Part shown: one piece after another, positions 58,282 through 64,000 of the stretch
How the letters are laid out: every line of letters begins with the position of its first letter
Numbering within the stretch: the stretch's first letter is position 1
NCBI GenBank assembly: GCA_052426225.1
Contig: JBNJNM010000023.1
Coordinates: 682,001 to 746,000, forward strand
Length of the DNA: 64,000 nt
Origin: Zancudomyces culisetae HAW-14-8
Taxonomy: Eukaryota; Fungi; Kickxellomycota
Direction: 5' to 3'
Notes under the pieces: generated by a model
What the model was told of the DNA's origin: nothing
The model's input: only the letters and a program-made list of their open reading frames with translations
Database searches by the model: none
Made by a program: the position numbers and the translations under genes

Positions 58282-58978
58282 TTGAATCTGTATACTTTGA
58301 CGTTGTTGTACTACTGTAATTAAATCTTTTTGTAAATAAAATTCAATTCTCCCTCAACTGAGATATATGGAGATTAAATTCCCGGCAGAGCCCCCAATTG
58401 TAATATATAGTAGATGTAATAAGTTATCTGATATATTTTTCAGCTAATGTGATGGCTGAGTTTGGTATAGCACTGATTGTGTCAGTTATACTCAGGCCTC
58501 GGATCACTTAACTAGTTCTGTTTGCCGTATGAAGAATGTTTTAAATACTTTTTATTATTGATATAATACTAATAAAACACTAAATAAACTATATCAGTAA
58601 GGTGCTATTTTCAATTATTAAGTATATAAAAACGTATATGTAAAGTATATTCCGCTAAGAAAGGCTAAAGATGTTTATTTTCCTTGTCCGCTTCGCTTTT
58701 ATTTCCTGATCGTTCAGATATTCAACTTTACTGTTATAAATATTTAGATATAAATTAACTACAAGTTAATTGGTAGTTATATTATGCTAAGGAATCGCAA
58801 TTGATTCGCTAGCAAAAAGTATGTAGCCGTTATACTACAATCCAAGAACAGTGTATTACTAAATAATGTTTACATAAAGAACTCAGATATCGGAATAGAA
58901 AAAAAATACTAGATAAATATCTACAAATATATAATATAATCATATATATAATTACGTAATAAAAAGTTAAAATGTAAA

Positions 58979-59050
58979 TGCCTAATGGGTGGATCGAACA
59001 CCCGACCTTTGGTTTACAAGACCAACGCTCTACCACTGAGCTAATCAGGC
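58979..59050 (-). tRNA. tRNA-Thr (anticodon TGT)
   Basis: Acceptor GCCTGAT/ATTAGGC, anticodon arm TTGGT-CT-TGT-AA-ACCAA, GTTCGATCC, T-runs downstream. Confidence 0.95.
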
Positions 59051-59055
59051 AATTG

Positions 59056-59128
59056 TGCCTTCTGTCGGAATCGAACCGACGACCTTCTGCTTACTAGGCA
59101 GACGCTCTGCCAACTGAGCCAAGAAGGC
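59056..59128 (-). tRNA. tRNA-Thr (anticodon AGT)
   Basis: Acceptor GCCTTCT/AGAAGGC, anticodon arm TCTGC-CT-AGT-AA-GCAGA, GGTTCGATTCC. Confidence 0.95.
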
Positions 59129-59134
59129 ATTTGG

Positions 59135-62100
59135 TGTTAACATTCGACCCTTTTCTGCTAGTAGTCGTAGTTATTCGTATTTAGTTGGTTTAAAATTTAA
59201 TAGAAAAGTTAATTATCTACTTGTTTTGTTCGAAACTCTAACTAACTATTAAGACTTGCTTATTATTTTGGTTATTATTCTTTATTTTTTATTGCTAAAA
59301 AGTTGTTATCCTAAAAGTTATTCTTCCAAACTATAAATAAAATTTATATATAAACTATTTTTTTTCCATCTATTTTGTTATCTCAATTTTTTTGTGTTAT
59401 CAATTTTTGTTTTGTAATTTCTTGGCTCATTAAAAAAACCCAAATTGTTAGGGAAAAAAGAGTCCAATTTTTCCACTAATTTTAATATAGTAATTTATCA
59501 GAATTGACTTTGTCAATTCGTATTTTTTATAATATATAATTAATTATGCAACAGAACCCCCATCCCAAATTGGACGTACAGGGTTTTTAAAACGCTGCAA
59601 CTTCGATCTAAGCTGTGTAGTAACTTCAGGAACCATTCGATTACTATGGAAAAAACTTTTCAGTGAATCGCCATTCACAATGTCACGATTTCCATCCGAA
59701 TCTGCGATCAGGTAAGCACCTAAATTTAGTTTTTTCAACACTCGGTATGGACCTTCCCATACCTCCTGAAACTTGTCGGTAACGTGTTCAATCAGTTTTA
59801 AGACCATTTCGTCAACTTTGAAATTTACTAATCTTACTCTTCGGTCATATATTAACTTCATATTTTGCTTTGCTTTGACACTTTTTTGATAGCCTATGCT
59901 TCGTAGTTCGGGTATACTGGTGTTTATGGCTGCAATTCTTTCCTGGATGGCGAGATCTAAATCGCTGATTTCGGCCGGCGGAGACCATAACGCAGGCGTA
60001 CTTAACTTTACTCCGTATAGTAGTTCGGCCGGGCTCATGCCTGTGCTTCTGTTTCTCATTGTCCTGATAACCAGTAGCGACTTCCATAAGTAAGAGTCCC
60101 AATTGTTTTTGTCTGCTTTGCATTGTCTTGCTAACGTATTTTTTAGGGTTTGGTTCAGGCGCTCGACCTGACCATTTGACTGCGGGCGATACGGTGTGGA
60201 TGGTGTATGTTTAATTCCGAGGTACTTATAAACTGTGTCTGCTGCTTCGCTGATAAAACCCGAGCCTCTATCAGTGATTATTTGATCGGGGGTACCGTAG
60301 TACTGAACTATGTGAGTTATTATAAAGTTAATTATAGTATCCGATTTTATATTTTCTACGGCCTCAGCTACAGGCCAGCGCGTAAAATAGTCAATGCCCG
60401 TGAGAATGTAACGGTTTCCTTGAGCAGATACTGGACTAATAGGGCCAACTGCATCTAGTCCAAAGATGCCAAAAGGTTTGTGGACGTATATCGGCTGAAG
60501 CTCGTTGTTCCTATTGCGATTTCCAATATATCTCTGACATACTAGACATTCTTTTACTACTTTTTTAACAGTTTTAAATAAATCGTTTCCTGTATACTTC
60601 TCTGCGATTCTCCTCCACGTATTCTCGATTCCTTGATGAGACTCGTCATGAATCTCTTTAACCTTTTCAGTTATGTTATTTCTTAATAAAACTTCCTTCC
60701 AAACTTCCTTACATAATTTGAATAATTTGTTGTTGATAAGCTTGAATTTTTTAGATAAATAATTAATCTTTTTCTTTGACACTTCGTCGCTTTGCTCTGG
60801 GTACCTATTATTTAGTAAATATTCTAAAATAGTTTCGTTAGATATTTTTGTTACAGAAAATACATCTATAACTTCCTCAACCGATGTAGTAGGTTCTAAT
60901 CTTGATAGGGCATCAGCGGGGTTTGACTTTCCTTTGCAATGGACAATTGTATAGTCATAATTTCGAAGAATCATAGCCCACCTGGCTACTCTTCCGGCTA
61001 TATCTTTTCCATTGAACAAATTCAGTAAAGCTTTATGGTCCGTACGTATAGTGAAATGGCGTCCCCACAGGTAATGTTTGAATTTTTTTACGCCCCAAAT
61101 TACAGCTAAACCCTCGAGATGGGTAATAGAGTAATTTCTCTCATGCTTGTTTGTGGTTTTACTAGCAAAACAAATAGGTCTCTCGCCAAGTTCCGAAGAT
61201 TGTGAAAGTATAGCACCAACGCCTTCAATTGAAGCGTCAGTGGTAAGTATAAACTCTGAATCCCAATTTGGATGAGCTAATGTGGGTGCGGTACAAAGGC
61301 TTTGTTTTAATAAATTAACTGCATTTTCTTGTTCAATAGACCATTTCCAAGTGTTTTCTTTCCTAAGTAGTTTGACTAAAGGCGCGGAAATCAATGCATA
61401 ACGGTCCACGAATTTGCGATAATACCCGACTAGACCGAGAAAAGATTGTAGTTCCTTGACGTTATTAGGTACCTTTGCTTCTGTAATTGCTTTTATTTTA
61501 TCATTTGTAGTACCAATTCCCTCAGAAGACACGGTATGTCCCAAGTAACACAATTTATTCATTCCTAATAAACACTTATCACTATGCAGTTGAATTTTAT
61601 GTTGTCTAAGTAGCTCAAATACCTTTTTTAAATCCTCCACATGCTGCTCAACTGACTGAGAGTAAATAATAATGTCGTCAATAAAAACGACTGCGATCTT
61701 CCAAAGTACTGGCGAAAGGGCTTTCTCCATAAGTCGTTGAAAAGAGGCCGGGCTGTTTGTCAGCCCAAACGGCATGACATTGTAGCAGTAGCTACCGCCT
61801 CCAGGGATTGCAAACGCGGTTTTTAATCTGTCTTTGGCTGCCATTCTTATTTGCCAAAACCCAGATAGCGCGTCTAAGCTGGTAAATATTTTGCTTCCGG
61901 CAAGCGACATAAATATATCATCTATAGTAGGTAACGGATAACAATCCTTTTTGGTTACCTGGTTCAGCTTCCTATAATCTGCACATATCCTTAACCTGCC
62001 ATTCTTTTTATAAACTGTTACGACTGGCGAACACCACTCTGAATAACACGGTGAAATTATTCCTTTATTCTCCATTTCAATTAACTCATTTCTAACCTTT

Positions 62101-64000
62101 TCTTGCATATGATAGGGAATTCTGTATGGGCGCTGCTTGATCGGTGTATGATCTGTTAGTTCAATACTATGCTCTGTGAGATTAGTTTGGGTAAGCTCCC
62201 CTATGTCTTCAACAAAGATATCAGCATATTGCTCTCGTAGTTTGATAAACCTTTCATTCTCGATTTGCTTGTTATCACTTTCAACACCATTTTCACTCTT
62301 CACCATAAAATATAGCTCAGTTTCTTGTGGCCAGTAAGTCGTATCTTCTGCAAGTATTTTCATTGGTATAACTAATATTTCTGAATGTGTGTGTATCTTT
62401 AGTTCTCTGCTTCTTGGATCTATAATCCCGTGGTGCCTATACAACCAATCTGTGCCGAGAATTAAAGTACTTCCTTTGCGATTCATAACTATGAGCTCTG
62501 CTTCTAGTAAGTGATTTCCTATAGTTATAGGTACTTTGTTCATAACACCTTCAGTGAGATGTTTTGTTCCATCAGCTGTTACCAACACTTGTCTGTGCCA
62601 ACCCTCTGGTTCTATGCCCCACTGCTCAACCATGCTTGGTGTAGTTACAGAACAAGCGGCTCCAGAGTCAACAACAGCCCAATAGTTTTTGTTGAATACC
62701 GTGACCATGACCCGGCAGTTGCTGATTTTTTGTGGTAATATCCTGATTTCATTTACTTCTTGTTTTTTTATTTTTTTAGAAAGACTATTAAACTCTGTTG
62801 CTATGGTAGGAGAAACGGCTATTAACTGAGGTAGACTAATCTTTGGATAAAACTGGTTAAATTCAGATTGTAGATTGAATGGCTCGACGTTTTCGATAAT
62901 GCGCTGGATGGTTTTCTGTTTTTTATTCACTATAGTGACTTCAGGTGTAACTTCCATATCCATGTCCACAACATTATCTGTTATAGTTGCCTCAGGTTTT
63001 ATAATAACTGGTTTCATCTTTCTAACTGGTTTATTATCACTTATATATGGCTTACTGATATTTGATTTAGCTTTTTGCCTTTGCACTAAGTAAACATCAT
63101 TATCTGGCGTGTCATCAGTGTCAATATCCGTGTCATCGACTGGTAGTAACTCAATAGTGCTGATTTCTTTTTTACTTTGTACCTCATCTGTTTTGGTAGT
63201 TCCAATCTTTGTACACTGACTCTTGTAGTGTCCTGTTGTTCTACAGATAGAACAGTACGGTGGCCTTTGATAACGCTGTTGCATACTTTTACTTATAGCA
63301 ATGTCAATTTTCTTTTCAACAACCTCTTCGACTTTTGAAAGTAAGTTTATACTCCATTCTTCCATCTTGGATATCATCTCATCATAACCAATCTTTTGAT
63401 CAGTCATTTCTTTTATTGGTTTGCCAGGTCCGGTTAGTCTGTAAGATTTTGATGTAGATGAATTTGTCTCTGCGATGTCTGTAGAATTGTAACTAGGGGT
63501 ATCTATATCCAGATTTATGGCATTTATGATAGTATCCCACTCTTGATAATTTGATTCTAGGACTCTTGCTTTATATTTTGGACTCAATGCACTGATTAAC
63601 CAATTGACCTTATGTTTGTCATCTGTTATACCAGATTTTTGTAGAGCTATTTCTAAAGCATACTCAAATTCGTCAACAGAATTGTAACCTGACTGACAAA
63701 TGCTTTTTAGTGTCTCGATTGACTGATGAGCTTTGATTTTATTTATGAACTTTTTATTGAATGAAGAAACGACAGAATTCCAATCGGTGAATGTACTCTT
63801 TTGCCTAATATACCAAATCTTTTCACGGTTACCTAGATGTGCAGGTAAATATTTTATTAGATCTTCGTCAGACCAATTTCTGAGTCTGGCACTCAAACTG
63901 TACGAATCAATCCAATCTTCTGGGTTGTCAATTTCTGAGTTAAACTTTTCAACTAGTGTCATGTTTGATTTAAAGGTGTTTATTTAATATTTTAGCTATA
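59135..64000 (-). mobile_element. Ty3/gypsy element E (sister of B); 5' LTR outside the window; 3' LTR about 59135-59553
   Basis: PPT GGGATGGGGG followed by TGTTGCA at 59553. The AACA terminus at 59135 lies 6 nt upstream of tRNA-Thr(AGT). The LTR edge cannot be confirmed by a TSD inside the window. Confidence 0.88.
59544..63962 (-). CDS. Intact single-ORF Gag-Pol of element E
   Basis: CSICRTTGHYKSQC, DSGA, FIDD, TDAS, HHCC/DDE and GPY motifs; the ORF runs through the PPT into the 3' LTR. Confidence 0.97.
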   Translation of the reverse strand: MTLVEKFNSEIDNPEDWIDSYSLSARLRNWSDEDLIKYLPAHLGNREKIWYIRQKSTFTDWNSVVSSFNKKFINKIKAHQSIETLKSICQSGYNSVDEFEYALEIALQKSGITDDKHKVNWLISALSPKYKARVLESNYQEWDTIINAINLDIDTPSYNSTDIAETNSSTSKSYRLTGPGKPIKEMTDQKIGYDEMISKMEEWSINLLSKVEEVVEKKIDIAISKSMQQRYQRPPYCSICRTTGHYKSQCTKIGTTKTDEVQSKKEISTIELLPVDDTDIDTDDTPDNDVYLVQRQKAKSNISKPYISDNKPVRKMKPVIIKPEATITDNVVDMDMEVTPEVTIVNKKQKTIQRIIENVEPFNLQSEFNQFYPKISLPQLIAVSPTIATEFNSLSKKIKKQEVNEIRILPQKISNCRVMVTVFNKNYWAVVDSGAACSVTTPSMVEQWGIEPEGWHRQVLVTADGTKHLTEGVMNKVPITIGNHLLEAELIVMNRKGSTLILGTDWLYRHHGIIDPRSRELKIHTHSEILVIPMKILAEDTTYWPQETELYFMVKSENGVESDNKQIENERFIKLREQYADIFVEDIGELTQTNLTEHSIELTDHTPIKQRPYRIPYHMQEKVRNELIEMENKGIISPCYSEWCSPVVTVYKKNGRLRICADYRKLNQVTKKDCYPLPTIDDIFMSLAGSKIFTSLDALSGFWQIRMAAKDRLKTAFAIPGGGSYCYNVMPFGLTNSPASFQRLMEKALSPVLWKIAVVFIDDIIIYSQSVEQHVEDLKKVFELLRQHKIQLHSDKCLLGMNKLCYLGHTVSSEGIGTTNDKIKAITEAKVPNNVKELQSFLGLVGYYRKFVDRYALISAPLVKLLRKENTWKWSIEQENAVNLLKQSLCTAPTLAHPNWDSEFILTTDASIEGVGAILSQSSELGERPICFASKTTNKHERNYSITHLEGLAVIWGVKKFKHYLWGRHFTIRTDHKALLNLFNGKDIAGRVARWAMILRNYDYTIVHCKGKSNPADALSRLEPTTSVEEVIDVFSVTKISNETILEYLLNNRYPEQSDEVSKKKINYLSKKFKLINNKLFKLCKEVWKEVLLRNNITEKVKEIHDESHQGIENTWRRIAEKYTGNDLFKTVKKVVKECLVCQRYIGNRNRNNELQPIYVHKPFGIFGLDAVGPISPVSAQGNRYILTGIDYFTRWPVAEAVENIKSDTIINFIITHIVQYYGTPDQIITDRGSGFISEAADTVYKYLGIKHTPSTPYRPQSNGQVERLNQTLKNTLARQCKADKNNWDSYLWKSLLVIRTMRNRSTGMSPAELLYGVKLSTPALWSPPAEISDLDLAIQERIAAINTSIPELRSIGYQKSVKAKQNMKLIYDRRVRLVNFKVDEMVLKLIEHVTDKFQEVWEGPYRVLKKLNLGAYLIADSDGNRDIVNGDSLKSFFHSNRMVPEVTTQLRSKLQRFKNPVRPIWDGGSVA

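Larger units (their letters stand above)
52983..58839 (-). mobile_element. Full-length Ty3/gypsy element D; LTRs 52983-53425 and 58399-58839; TSD ATCC
   Basis: TGTA...TACA LTRs about 93% identical; PPT AAAGCGGGGGG; PBS TGGGGGCTCTGCCGGGAAT (58396-58378, tRNA-Pro type); ATCC at 52979-52982 and 58840-58843. Confidence 0.96.

Noticed and set aside
58830-59036. 68-aa ORF MVERWSCKPKV...
   Set aside because: It is a spurious translation of the tRNA-Thr(TGT) gene.

Overview
AT-rich eukaryotic (fungal) genomic window. Intron structure, gene set and composition suggest an early-diverging fungus, plausibly a Kickxellomycotina/Harpellales-type insect-gut fungus; this assignment is an inference. The left half (1-29.6 kb) is genic: a WOPR (Gti1/Pac2) transcription factor, IMP dehydrogenase, aminoacylase-1, an Ecl1-domain protein, three tandem paralogous small secreted six-Cys Arg-rich Lys-free proteins, and a divergent transportin-1 / CBP80 pair. 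The right half (30.8-64 kb) is a Ty3/gypsy retrotransposon island organised around three tRNA genes: Val-TAC and a tandem Thr-AGT/Thr-TGT pair. One lineage (4-bp TSDs, tRNA primers, single Gag-Pol ORF) inserts repeatedly 3-9 nt upstream of tRNA genes, building an age-ordered stack of elements separated only by the same TSD. A sister family inserts about 30-140 nt downstream of tRNA genes and lacks an integrase C-terminal tail that all upstream-targeting elements share. Chromovirus-type elements (5-bp TSDs, Tf1-like self-priming, -1 frameshift signal) nest inside dead elements instead. The island also contains an LTR-mediated inversion shown by swapped TSDs and a putative solo LTR loaded with heat-shock elements. 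Element labels A-E, X and Y are mine. All alignments and counts were done by eye.
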